Shown piece by piece: positions 10,934 through 19,833 of a stretch of DNA of 64,000 bases. The notes under the pieces were generated by a model. The model had not been told where the DNA came from, did no database searches, and saw nothing but the letters and a program-made list of their open reading frames with translations. The DNA comes from Caldilineaceae bacterium SB0661_bin_34 (lineage in GTDB: Bacteria > Chloroflexota > Anaerolineae > Caldilineales > Caldilineaceae): NCBI GenBank assembly GCA_009841145.1, contig VXMJ01000040.1, positions 2,324 through 66,323 on the forward strand, in the 5' to 3' direction. Each line of letters begins with the position of its first letter. Position 1 is the stretch's first letter. The position numbers and the translations under genes are program-made.

Positions 10934-11635
10934 TTAGCGACCCGCCGAGAAGGGGGCCTTGCGTCCCACCATCACCGCTATCGGGCCCTGGCGCCATGTA
11001 CATTCACTATGGAATCCCGCGGTTCCAAGACTGGCCAACTCCTCTTCTAAGGGGAAGTATGTATCTTCGTCGGCCCATTCCGCCAGATGTTGCCAGGCAC
11101 CTTCCTCGGAGATTCCGCACGCCATCATGTGGTCGACCCACAGGCGGTAGGTCCGCTGTCGCTCAGGTTCCGCCCGTGGCATGGTCACGTCGGCATTGAC
11201 GAAGAGACCGCCCGGTGGCAGCACCTCGTGAATCCGCCGGTACAGGTTGGTTTTCGTATTCCTTGTTTCTATATGGTGCAGTGCCAGCGAAGTCGCCACG
11301 CCGTTGCACGGGGGCAGTTCGGAGAAGAAGGACATTTCCCGAAAACGCACGCGCTTCCCCAAACGAGCAAGGCGGATCCGTGCCTGGGCCAACATATCCG
11401 GATCCACGTCGATCAGATCGATGTTCCCGACTCCGCCATGGACCAGCAGTGCCTGGGCCAGCGAACCGGTCCCGCCGCCAAGGTCCAGCACTCGACTCGG
11501 GCGGACACATGCAAATTCGCGGGCCACGGCGGCAAGCATGGCATCGTAGCCCGGCGTAAAACGGCGGATCGTCTCGTCGTAGTCGTCGATTGCCAATCTG
11601 AGATGGCGACTTACCGAGTGCCGGGACATGATCAA
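10934..11635 (-). CDS. Class I SAM-dependent methyltransferase
   Basis: Motif I VLDLGGGTG, post-I acidic residue (IDLIDVD), motif IV-like ATSLALHH. Confidence 0.8.
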   Translation of the reverse strand: MIMSRHSVSRHLRLAIDDYDETIRRFTPGYDAMLAAVAREFACVRPSRVLDLGGGTGSLAQALLVHGGVGNIDLIDVDPDMLAQARIRLARLGKRVRFREMSFFSELPPCNGVATSLALHHIETRNTKTNLYRRIHEVLPPGGLFVNADVTMPRAEPERQRTYRLWVDHMMACGISEEGAWQHLAEWADEDTYFPLEEELASLGTAGFHSECTWRQGPIAVMVGRKAPFSAGR

Positions 11636-12088
11636 GGACTTGGATCAGTTTGGGCTGGTGCTCTTGTCTTGCCACAGCATGGCGGGGAGTGAGTTTGGGG
11701 CCTGGAACAGAACAAGGTGCGAGACCCGACCATGGTTGAGGCAGGACGACACATCAAAGATGGGAGCGTCCAACACGATTGCTGCGCAATATACTAGCGT
11801 CGGCATCCAGTGCCAAACCACCGGCAACTTTCATGTCAGATTGCGGAGCTGCAGGCCCAAGCGGAAGGCCCCCCACCCATAGTGCACGGCACGCCGTTCA
11901 AGCTCCGCAACTTGGCGGGGGCAAGGACATCGTTGCGAGTTGAAGCGCATCCCGCAGATCATGGGCATGGAAGAGGTCGTGGCGAACCGGCCCCCTTGGG
12001 CCACACCCCTCAGACTCCTTCAGTAGAATTCAGAAAAGGGCCTGTCCGAGTCCCCAACTATTTCCAGACCACCGCTTCAGCCTAATAT

Positions 12089-12802
12089 TTGGAGTCCAAA
12101 TCCGTGATCAAGTCAAGCAGTTCCCAGATGGCGAAGACCGATTGTGGTGGAGGAATCAGCAGACGCAACTTTCTTTGCCTGTCAGGTGCAGCCGTCGGCA
12201 TCTCCATCCTCGCCGCGTGTGCCACCCCCTCCTTTGCGCTTGGTGACGGTGCAGGCATCATGCAGAGAGAGCAAGCTGAAATGATGCCTGACGGCTTCGC
12301 CCGCGGGCGCGACGGCCTGGCACTTTTCGATCCCCACCGGAGCAGCCACCTGCCGATACTCCCGGACCAACGACAGCACTTCCATGAAGCCTTCGGGCTT
12401 GTTTTCGCGACACCGTTTCCCTGTCCGGAGATGCTCCCGGCCTACGCCGCGGAGCCGGATGTGACCGTGTCCTATGGTCCCGTGGACGCCGTCACCGATC
12501 CGGCATACAACGGACTCTGGGATCAAATCCAGTTTGTCGACGGCAACATCCTCTACAACCGGACCGGTGTGGCGCGAGCTGCCGTAAGAGACGGCAACTC
12601 CATTACGCTGCAACGAGTGCCGTGGGTCCCCGACGATGAAGTCAGACACGCGTTTCTGTCAATCGTCATGACGGCCCTGTTGCCGCAACGCGGCATCCTG
12701 TCCCTGCACGCCAGCGCCGTATCCGCCGCAACCATCCCACATCGGGGGCAGCCGTTGCCGGCACTGGCCGATTTCGTTGAATCCAAGCTGGTGCAGGCCT
12801 GA
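12089..12802 (+). CDS. Hypothetical protein: Tat/lipoprotein-like leader fused to an HprK-related-kinase N-domain, truncated before the P-loop
   Basis: Leader ISRRNFLCLSGAAVGISILAAC (likely ATG at 12128). The later part, EAFGLVFATPFPCPEMLP...EPDVTVSYGPV...RGILSLHASAV, matches the N-terminal region of HprK-like serine kinases. The ORF stops about 25 aa after LHASAV with no GxxGxGKS. Confidence 0.4.
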   Translation: MESKSVIKSSSSQMAKTDCGGGISRRNFLCLSGAAVGISILAACATPSFALGDGAGIMQREQAEMMPDGFARGRDGLALFDPHRSSHLPILPDQRQHFHEAFGLVFATPFPCPEMLPAYAAEPDVTVSYGPVDAVTDPAYNGLWDQIQFVDGNILYNRTGVARAAVRDGNSITLQRVPWVPDDEVRHAFLSIVMTALLPQRGILSLHASAVSAATIPHRGQPLPALADFVESKLVQA

Positions 12803-12892
12803 ACGATACGGCGCCCCAAGTCTCAGGGCTGGTGCGGAGGAGCATGGGGAAGATAAAGCCAAGCTGAAGGAGACCTGTCCGGAGCCTCAAAC

Positions 12893-12929
12893 CAACTTTG
12901 TATTGGTCAACTTTGTATTGGTGTATTGG
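12893..12929. repeat. Tandem direct repeat CAACTTTGTATTGGT x2 plus a partial third copy (GTATTGG)
   Basis: Seen directly in an A/T-rich patch about 155 nt upstream of the sugar-ABC binding-protein start (13085). Candidate operator or promoter element. Confidence 0.6.
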
Positions 12930-13084
12930 GTTTGTGGCACGAAACGGCGGATTCGTGTCAGTGAAACCGCTCCTTGTCGCGTGTGCTACGCTACCGTGCG
13001 TCGGGTGTGACGCAATCAAGTTCCCGTTCGGGCACTGTTCCATTTGCACATCAATCGGTCAATGATCGTCAAGGAGGACGGATC

Positions 13085-14461
13085 ATGCAGATACAACGTT
13101 TCAGTCGCCGCCAGTTCCTGTCATTGGCGGGCGCGACGGGCAGCGCCGCCCTGCTCGCCGCCTGCGCAGTGGTCCCGGCAACCGATGGTGGGGCGGGAGT
13201 CACCGCCGAGCCGGTGACGGTCCAGGTCCAGTCCGGATGGTGCAACTCGGGCGATTGTGACATCTGGACTCCGTCGATCGAGATGTTCAACGAGAAGTAT
13301 CCAAATATCGCCATCGACATGATTCGGGTCGGCGTGAGTCCGGTGGACACGATGACGGCTGTGGCCGGCGGTTCGGCGCCGGACGTGTACCATCGCTACG
13401 TAGGCGGCTTCGCCGAACTGATGGCGCGCGGCGTCATGCTGCCGCTTGATGACCTGATTGCCGGCGACGAGGATTTCGACCCGGACATCTATCTTGGCTC
13501 CCAGTGGGACAACGGGAAATGGGACGGCATCACCTACGGCATCCCGGTGCTCGAGGGCGGCGCCATGCCGGCCATCTGCTGGCACAAGCACCTCATTGAA
13601 GAGGTTGGCGGCGATCCGGAGGTGGGCCCAACGTCCTGGCAGGAGATGCTGGAATGGTCCAGGATGCTCCTCCAGTACGACGATGACGGCAACCTGATCC
13701 AGGCCGGCTACGACCCCAAGGACGCCTATGGGTTCACGGCGATTGCCTGGCCGGTCGTCTTTGACGAGAACTACATCACCGAGGACAAGCGAACCTTCAC
13801 CTTCGATTCGGAAGCCTGGGCGCAAGGGCTCGAGATCATTGCCGAGTTCTGGACCGATGCCGGCGCTGACCAGATGAAGGCATTTTCCGACCAGTGGCCC
13901 TACTGGACCGGTTACCCGTCCAGCGGCTTCAACAACGCGAAACGCGCCATGATCATGAACGGCAACTGGATGCCGGGCGCCATGCGGCGCATGGTCGAAG
14001 AGACCGGTGTCGAACTGGATTCGATTGGTTACGGCTTCCACCCCAATCTGAACGAGGGCCTGAAGGCCATCGACTTCGGTACGGGGCACACGCTCTTCAT
14101 GCCCAACAGCACCCAAGTGGCCGAAGAGGGCTTCAAGTTCATGGTGCACATGACCAGTGTCGAGGTGGCCCTGGTCGAGTTCGAGATGCGCGCGGCAGCC
14201 ATGTGGAGCAAGCCGCTGCTGGACGCGATTGATCTTTCATCCGTGCCCGGACTGCAGTGGTTCTTTGATGCACCGTTGGAAGCGGACAGGCTCTGGAGCC
14301 CCAACGAGTTCCTCACCCCTGTCCAGTCCCAGGTCGAACTCCTGTGGACGCGGGCCATTGACGAGACCATCGTGGGTGCCAAGTCGGCTGCCGACGCCCT
14401 CGCCGACATCAATACCGAACTGCAGCAGGGCTTGGACGAATATTGGGAAACGCAAAGCTAA
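13085..14461 (+). CDS. Carbohydrate ABC transporter substrate-binding lipoprotein (family 1, CUT1)
   Basis: AGGAGGA Shine-Dalgarno before the ATG at 13085. Tat-type signal plus lipobox (FSRRQFLSLAGATGSAALLAAC). Followed by MalF- and MalG-type permeases. Confidence 0.85.
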   Translation: MQIQRFSRRQFLSLAGATGSAALLAACAVVPATDGGAGVTAEPVTVQVQSGWCNSGDCDIWTPSIEMFNEKYPNIAIDMIRVGVSPVDTMTAVAGGSAPDVYHRYVGGFAELMARGVMLPLDDLIAGDEDFDPDIYLGSQWDNGKWDGITYGIPVLEGGAMPAICWHKHLIEEVGGDPEVGPTSWQEMLEWSRMLLQYDDDGNLIQAGYDPKDAYGFTAIAWPVVFDENYITEDKRTFTFDSEAWAQGLEIIAEFWTDAGADQMKAFSDQWPYWTGYPSSGFNNAKRAMIMNGNWMPGAMRRMVEETGVELDSIGYGFHPNLNEGLKAIDFGTGHTLFMPNSTQVAEEGFKFMVHMTSVEVALVEFEMRAAAMWSKPLLDAIDLSSVPGLQWFFDAPLEADRLWSPNEFLTPVQSQVELLWTRAIDETIVGAKSAADALADINTELQQGLDEYWETQS

Positions 14462-14487
14462 CTCTGCGTTTTTGGTTGATTGTTCCG

Positions 14488-14521
14488 GGTCGCGACCGCA
14501 CCTTTTCCGGCGGTCGCGGCC
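14488..14521 (+). terminator. Intercistronic GC-rich stem-loop after the binding-protein gene (attenuator or mRNA-stabiliser type)
   Basis: GGGTCGCGACCGC-N10-GCGGTCGCGGCCC (12-13 bp, one G-U), followed by GATTTGTTGT. It lies between the binding-protein stop (14461) and the permease start (14582). Confidence 0.4.
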
Positions 14522-14581
14522 CGATTTGTTGTCGGTCGCTTCCGAACCGGGACCCCTGAAATCGGGTTCGAACCATTGGGT

Positions 14582-15541
14582 ATGACATCCACTGGTCTAA
14601 GCACCGAGCCACCAAGGTTGCAACCCTCGGAACGGGAGGCGCTGCTCCACCGCCAAGCCGAACGCCGGCGGAAACGCCGGCGCATGTTGCCGTACGTCTT
14701 CATTCTGCCGTGGATTCTGGGCGTGCTTCTCTTTCAGGCCTACCCGATCCTGGATGCCTTCTACCACAGCTTCACTGTCTACGATGTCTTCCAACCTGCC
14801 AAGTGGGTTGGCCTGCGCAACTACCGGAATTTGCTTGAGAACTCCCATACGCGCATGGCGCTGCAGAACACGCTGCTGTATGTGGCGGTCTCGGTTCCAG
14901 GGGGTTTGGTTGTGGGGCTCTTGCAGGCGCTGCTGTTGAACGTCAAGGTGCGCGGCCTGCAGCTGTTCCGCACCCTGGCAATTGTGCCCGGCACCGTACC
15001 GGCGGCCGGCGCGGCCGCCGTGTCGATTTTCATTTGGAGCCCCTCTCTGGGGTTGATCAACAGCATTTTGGAGTGGTTGGGATTGCCGTGGCGACAAAGT
15101 TGGCTTGTCGACCCGGTGATGGTCAAATGGATCTTCATCTTCATGACGATCCAGGGCGGAATCGGCATGTTGATCTTCCTGGCCGGTTTGCAGAATGTGC
15201 CTCAGGAACTCTACGACGCCTCCAAGATTGATGGAGCGCACAGCATGCAGACCCTGCTCAATGTTACGCTGCCGATGCTGACGCCCTACACACTCTTCAA
15301 CCTGCTGACCAGCCTGATCGGGGCATTCCAGTACTTCACAGGGCCGATGCTGATGACTGGAGGGGGTCCTGCCGGCGGATCCACATTCTACGCCCAAATA
15401 ATCTACGAAAGTGCGTTCATTCTTTTCAGAATGGGCCATGCGGCCGCGCTGGCGTGGATCCTGTTCGTCATCTGTGTTGTCATTGTCGTCGTGGTCTTCC
15501 GCTCCTCGGCGAGTTGGGTCTACTACGAGGGCGGCAACTGA
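14582..15541 (+). CDS. Carbohydrate ABC transporter permease (MalF/UgpA type)
   Basis: Typical N-terminus (RRRMLPYVFILPWILGVLLFQAYPIL) and EAA-loop region (ASKIDGAHSMQTLLNVTLP). Start chosen at MTSTG (14582). Confidence 0.85.
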   Translation: MTSTGLSTEPPRLQPSEREALLHRQAERRRKRRRMLPYVFILPWILGVLLFQAYPILDAFYHSFTVYDVFQPAKWVGLRNYRNLLENSHTRMALQNTLLYVAVSVPGGLVVGLLQALLLNVKVRGLQLFRTLAIVPGTVPAAGAAAVSIFIWSPSLGLINSILEWLGLPWRQSWLVDPVMVKWIFIFMTIQGGIGMLIFLAGLQNVPQELYDASKIDGAHSMQTLLNVTLPMLTPYTLFNLLTSLIGAFQYFTGPMLMTGGGPAGGSTFYAQIIYESAFILFRMGHAAALAWILFVICVVIVVVVFRSSASWVYYEGGN

Positions 15542-15545
15542 AAAA

Positions 15546-16445
15546 ATGGCCAGCCTTCGTTCGATACAGGCTGCTGGATTGCCGGGAAACCGCTACTTTT
15601 TGGGCATGCGGTCCAGAAGGTTCATCCTGCACACATTGGCCTATGTGCTGATCGCCGCCTTCCTAGTCGTGGCGCTGATGCCCGTGGCGTGGATGTTCGG
15701 CACCTCCTTCAAGACGCTGGAACAGTTGCGGATCACCGTACCTATCCAATGGCTCCCGAACCCGGTAACGTTCGAGAACTATGTCAAGGGTTGGGCTGTA
15801 CGAGACTGGCCGCACTTTCTCCGCAATACACTGTTCCTGGCCGTGTTCGTCGGCGTTCCCACCATGGCTTCATGCACCCTGGCAGCCTACGCCTTTGCGC
15901 GCATGCGGTTTCGCGGCAGCGAAGCATTGATGTTGCTCAATATCAGTCTGATGTTGATCCCGGACCAGGTGACACTGGTGCCTCGATTCGTAATGATGGC
16001 CCGCATGGGCTGGGTGGGAACCTGGCTGCCGGCGATCATCCCCTCCATGCTGGCCCTCAACCCGGCCATGGTATTTGTGCTGCGCCAGTTCTTCCGCGCC
16101 ATTCCCAACGACCTGTCCGACGCCGCCCGCATTGACGGCTGCCATGAATTGGGAATCTTCTGGCGCATCGTGGTGCCGTTGTCCAGACCAATCCTGGCTC
16201 TGCAGATTGTGTTGATTACCTCCTGGGCCTGGAACGAACTGCTCTTTGCCCTCCTCTACCTCAAGGACAAGAGCATGCAGACGCTGACCTTGGCGATGCA
16301 GAGCTTCCTCGGCTACCGCGGAGACACGGCCTGGGGCCAGATGATGGCCATGTCGGTGCTGATGTCGCTGCCCATGATGGTGCTCGCCTACTTCGGACAG
16401 CGCTATTTCACCGAAGGCTTCACCCTCAGCGGAATCAAGGGCTGA
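15546..16445 (+). CDS. Carbohydrate ABC transporter permease (MalG/UgpE type)
   Basis: EAA loop DAARIDGCHELGIFWRIVVPLSRP. The ATG at 15546 lies 5 nt after the upstream stop. Confidence 0.85.
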   Translation: MASLRSIQAAGLPGNRYFLGMRSRRFILHTLAYVLIAAFLVVALMPVAWMFGTSFKTLEQLRITVPIQWLPNPVTFENYVKGWAVRDWPHFLRNTLFLAVFVGVPTMASCTLAAYAFARMRFRGSEALMLLNISLMLIPDQVTLVPRFVMMARMGWVGTWLPAIIPSMLALNPAMVFVLRQFFRAIPNDLSDAARIDGCHELGIFWRIVVPLSRPILALQIVLITSWAWNELLFALLYLKDKSMQTLTLAMQSFLGYRGDTAWGQMMAMSVLMSLPMMVLAYFGQRYFTEGFTLSGIKG

Positions 16446-16469
16446 GGCGAAGCGCGGTAGGCCACGCTG

Positions 16470-17075
16470 GTGTTGGTAGGACACACCCGCCCCGATAAGC
16501 AACTGCACAACAAGCCCCTCTTTTCCTCCCGTCGGGAGCGGCGTCTCTGGGGCTGGACACTGGCCGTGGTGGCGGCCATCTACTCCACGCTTGGCCTAGC
16601 AGCGACCCTGGCCGAATTCCTGCGCAACCGCGGCCTGTTCGACGACCTTTTTGTTCTCGGCCTGATCCTGATCGGTGCCGCGATCCTCGCACAGGGGCTG
16701 ATGTGGCGGCCACGCGGGATCGAGATTGTGGTGACTCTGGGCATCGTGGCCATCTATCTCCTGGTATTTGCCCGCATGGCGATTCCGGAGGAGCGCACCC
16801 ATCTGATCGAGTACGGCGTGGTGGCCGTCTTTGTCAACGAGGCGTTGACCGAGCGGGCCAGCCAAGGTCGGCACGTGCCCGTACCCGCCTTGCTCGCGGT
16901 TCTGGCCACGGCGATGGTTGGCCTGCTCGACGAGTGCATACAGGCCTTCCTGCCCAACCGTGTCTTCGACTACCGAGACATCCTCTTCAATGGACTCGCG
17001 GCTGTGATGGCAGTGGCGGCCAGTGTGGCCTTGGCATGGGCGCGGCGGTGGCGCAACAGAAACCGGCCAAAGTGA
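16470..17075 (+). CDS. VanZ-like membrane protein
   Basis: Four to five TM helices and VanZ-type motifs (HLIEYGV..., LDECIQAFLPNRVFDYRDILFNGLA). Non-ATG (GTG) start. Confidence 0.6.
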   Translation: MLVGHTRPDKQLHNKPLFSSRRERRLWGWTLAVVAAIYSTLGLAATLAEFLRNRGLFDDLFVLGLILIGAAILAQGLMWRPRGIEIVVTLGIVAIYLLVFARMAIPEERTHLIEYGVVAVFVNEALTERASQGRHVPVPALLAVLATAMVGLLDECIQAFLPNRVFDYRDILFNGLAAVMAVAASVALAWARRWRNRNRPK

Positions 17076-17378
17076 GAGGTACGGGGGCAGGGCAACCGGA
17101 GTGCGCGTCCTGGATTGGAGGAAATCCAGACCAACAGGTTGCCGATCCATATTCGTTGTCCAGAGTATTGCTGCCCGCCGTTCCGAGGCCCCGCAGGTCT
17201 TGGTCACTGTCATTACCTGGGCCTCTCTTGCTCCCGTCAGGACAGGTGTCTCCGGGACTGGGCACAGACAAATCCTGTTCTGCCACGGGGTGGGCCAGGG
17301 TCGAACAACCAACATGCATCCCTTCTGTATGCTGTTGGAACAAATGGACTTCGTGCCTCCACAAAGGACATCCGCGAC

Positions 17379-18389
17379 ATGACGAAATCCATGCTCGGCG
17401 CCTCGGAAGCCCCGCGGCCACGCGAGCATCCCGTCAGTGCCGAGCAGTTGCGGGAACTTCGGCAACGCTGGCATGACGCTCCGCCCATGACGGAAAGAGT
17501 GCTGAGACAGTGGTGGGGCAACGTGCGCATGCGCTGGAACTGCCACAGCACCGCCATCGAAGGCAGCAGTCTGTCCTATCGGGACACACTGGACATCCTG
17601 GTTCACGGCCGAACACCGAATGCCGGAAGCACGGATTTGCTGGAAGTGGACCAGATCCGCGGGCATGACGAGTCCGCACGCATGCTGGCCGCCATGTACA
17701 ACCGTCGACACCGCGTGGACATTCCCGACCTGCATGCAGTGCATCGGGCCATGCTGGTGCGCCCCTACCCTGCCTACAATGCACTGGGTCAGCCGATGGG
17801 CGATGTACAACTGGGGAAGTTCAAGACGCGCTTCAATGCGATCCGTACTTCGGGAGGGATTGTGGAATTTCAGCCGCCTGCTGCGGTTCCCTTGCTGATG
17901 CCGGAGCTCCTTGAGCGCATGAATCAGCGCATCGACGTTCTGGCCCAAGACGCCCAAGCCTTGGATCCGGCCTGGGCCCTGGCCTCCCTGCACTGGGACT
18001 TCATCGCTATCCACCCCTACGATGATGGCAATGGGCGCATGGCGCGCTGGCTGGTCAACTGGATGTGCGTCAACACAGGCTATCCACCGCTGGTCATCAC
18101 GCTGGAGCAACGCGACGATTATTTTGGGACCCTGGCGGGGATGCAGACGGGGAATGTGCCAGCGGAGGAAGCGGCGGTGCGCCCCCTACGAAACTTCCTG
18201 GCGGCATGCCTGGCTGAGAGCCTGGACTTCGCTACGGCCGTAGTGGAGGGCCGCACCGACCCCACCTGGAACAACGCGGACGCAAACCTGCAACGCCCCG
18301 ATTGGGATGCCAACACCTATCCGTTGGATGCCACTGTTCCTTGGCTGCGAACACAGGACCAGCCCGACGATACCGTGCTCAAGGCATGA
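17379..18389 (+). CDS. Fic family protein (AMPylase type) with an N-terminal auto-inhibitory helix
   Basis: Fic motif HPYDDGNGRMAR (HxFx[DE]GNGRxxR with F to Y). Inhibitory motif STAIEG ([ST]xxxE[GN]) lies upstream in the same chain. The start at MTKSML (17379) is preferred over the 17115 ORF start. Confidence 0.85.
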   Translation: MTKSMLGASEAPRPREHPVSAEQLRELRQRWHDAPPMTERVLRQWWGNVRMRWNCHSTAIEGSSLSYRDTLDILVHGRTPNAGSTDLLEVDQIRGHDESARMLAAMYNRRHRVDIPDLHAVHRAMLVRPYPAYNALGQPMGDVQLGKFKTRFNAIRTSGGIVEFQPPAAVPLLMPELLERMNQRIDVLAQDAQALDPAWALASLHWDFIAIHPYDDGNGRMARWLVNWMCVNTGYPPLVITLEQRDDYFGTLAGMQTGNVPAEEAAVRPLRNFLAACLAESLDFATAVVEGRTDPTWNNADANLQRPDWDANTYPLDATVPWLRTQDQPDDTVLKA

Positions 18390-18423
18390 AGGAGAGGCAT
18401 CGCCGCCGAACCCGGGTTCTCCG

Positions 18424-19809
18424 CTAGGTTCCGGGTCGCAGGCAACGACCATGCCCTGGTTCCATCACGATCCGGCCATCCGCAAACACGGTCTGTCCCC
18501 GCACCATGGTGGTCGCCACCCGGCCGCGCAGCTTGCGCCCGTGGTAGGCATGCATGTTGCGACCCCCTTTTGAGAAAGTCCGATCCTTGTCGAAGGTCCA
18601 GTCCCTGTTCATGTCAACCAGGGTCAGGTCCGCATCGTGATCGGGCGCGATTTGTCCCTTGCCCTTCAGATGGAACAGCTGCGAGGCCCTATGGCTCATC
18701 AGCCGGGCCAACGCGGGCAGGGTCAGGCGTCCCTGGTTCACGGCGGTCAGCATCAGGGGCAGCATGGCTTCCAGGCCGGGGACACCGGCCGTAGCCCGAA
18801 AGATGTCGTCCTGCCCCATCTCCTTTTCTTCCGGGATGTAGGGGGAGTGATCCGTACCGATGACGTCAATCGTTCCGTCCAGCAGGTAGGGCCATAGTTG
18901 CTCCACCTCGTCGGCCGTACGCAGGGCCGGGTTGCACTTGGCAAAGGGTCCGTGCCGGTTCAGTTCCTCCATGGTCAGGAACAGGTACTGGGGACAGGTT
19001 TCGACCGAGACGTTGACACCCTTGGCCTTCGCCTCCTTGACCAGTTGAGCCGCCTTGTGGCTTGACAAATGCACGATTTGCACCCGGTGTCCGAACAGCT
19101 CGGCAAAGACCAGGATGCCGGCCACGGACAGGTCCTCCACAATCGGGGGAGCGCTCCGGGCATGAGCAATCCCCTTGGTCTCGCCGCTGGCCTGCACCTT
19201 GCGCAGGAACAGATCCAGCAGGCCGGCGTGTTCGCAGTGGAAGCAGTGAAGCAGATTGGTTTGGGCCACGGCCTGCATCAGGTCGTACAGATCGGCAACA
19301 TTGGGGCAGCAGAGGCCCACAAACTCCTCTTCCCGGCCCGGAGGCGGCAAGGTCATGAAGGTCTTGAAGGCGATGGCTCCCGCCTCCGCCATCCGGGGGA
19401 TTTCCTCCATGTTGTCCGGGGAGATGGAGCCGTACAGGCCAAAGTCGATCAGGGCGTGCGGTTCCAGTTGCGTCATCCGATTACTCAACACGGCCGCCGA
19501 ATTGACGGGTGGGTCGGATATGGGCATTTCCAGCAGCGTGGTGATTCCTCCCGCCGCCGCTGCACTCGTACCCGACACAAAATCCTCGCGGTCGGGCCGC
19601 GCCGGCGCCCGGATGTGCACATGGGTGTCAATCAGCCCCGGCAGAATATGGAGACCTCGAGCATCCATGTGATCACGGGACGAGGGGCGCTCCCCGGTAT
19701 CAAAGATGCCGGCAATCCTGCCCTCGGCTACGGCAATGGTGGCCGGAAGCACCTTCTCCGGGGTCACCACCTGACCACCGGTAATCGTCAAGTCAAAGTC
19801 ACCGGCCAT
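18424..19809 (-). CDS. Cyclic amidohydrolase (allantoinase / hydantoinase / dihydroorotase-like)
   Basis: Metal motif GLIDTHVH, candidate carbamylated Lys in AIAFKTF, and a C-terminal D in GTDHSP. About 460 aa, typical of the family. Confidence 0.8.
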   Translation of the reverse strand: MAGDFDLTITGGQVVTPEKVLPATIAVAEGRIAGIFDTGERPSSRDHMDARGLHILPGLIDTHVHIRAPARPDREDFVSGTSAAAAGGITTLLEMPISDPPVNSAAVLSNRMTQLEPHALIDFGLYGSISPDNMEEIPRMAEAGAIAFKTFMTLPPPGREEEFVGLCCPNVADLYDLMQAVAQTNLLHCFHCEHAGLLDLFLRKVQASGETKGIAHARSAPPIVEDLSVAGILVFAELFGHRVQIVHLSSHKAAQLVKEAKAKGVNVSVETCPQYLFLTMEELNRHGPFAKCNPALRTADEVEQLWPYLLDGTIDVIGTDHSPYIPEEKEMGQDDIFRATAGVPGLEAMLPLMLTAVNQGRLTLPALARLMSHRASQLFHLKGKGQIAPDHDADLTLVDMNRDWTFDKDRTFSKGGRNMHAYHGRKLRGRVATTMVRGQTVFADGRIVMEPGHGRCLRPGT

Positions 19810-19833
19810 GCCACGGCCCTCCTTGGGAAAACA

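Noticed and set aside
11636-12128. Possible small precursor-peptide or IS fragment in the 490-bp spacer between the methyltransferase and the HprK-like gene
   Set aside because: Candidate short frames (for example MGASNTIAAQYTSVGIQCQTTGNF... from 11760, and ...KRIPQIMGMEEVVANRPPW...) lack Shine-Dalgarno sequences and any recognisable family. I cannot distinguish them from noise without comparative data.
16596-18110. 504-aa minus-strand ORF spanning the VanZ and Fic genes
   Set aside because: It is antisense to two genes with clear family motifs and crosses their intergenic region. It has no recognisable domains.
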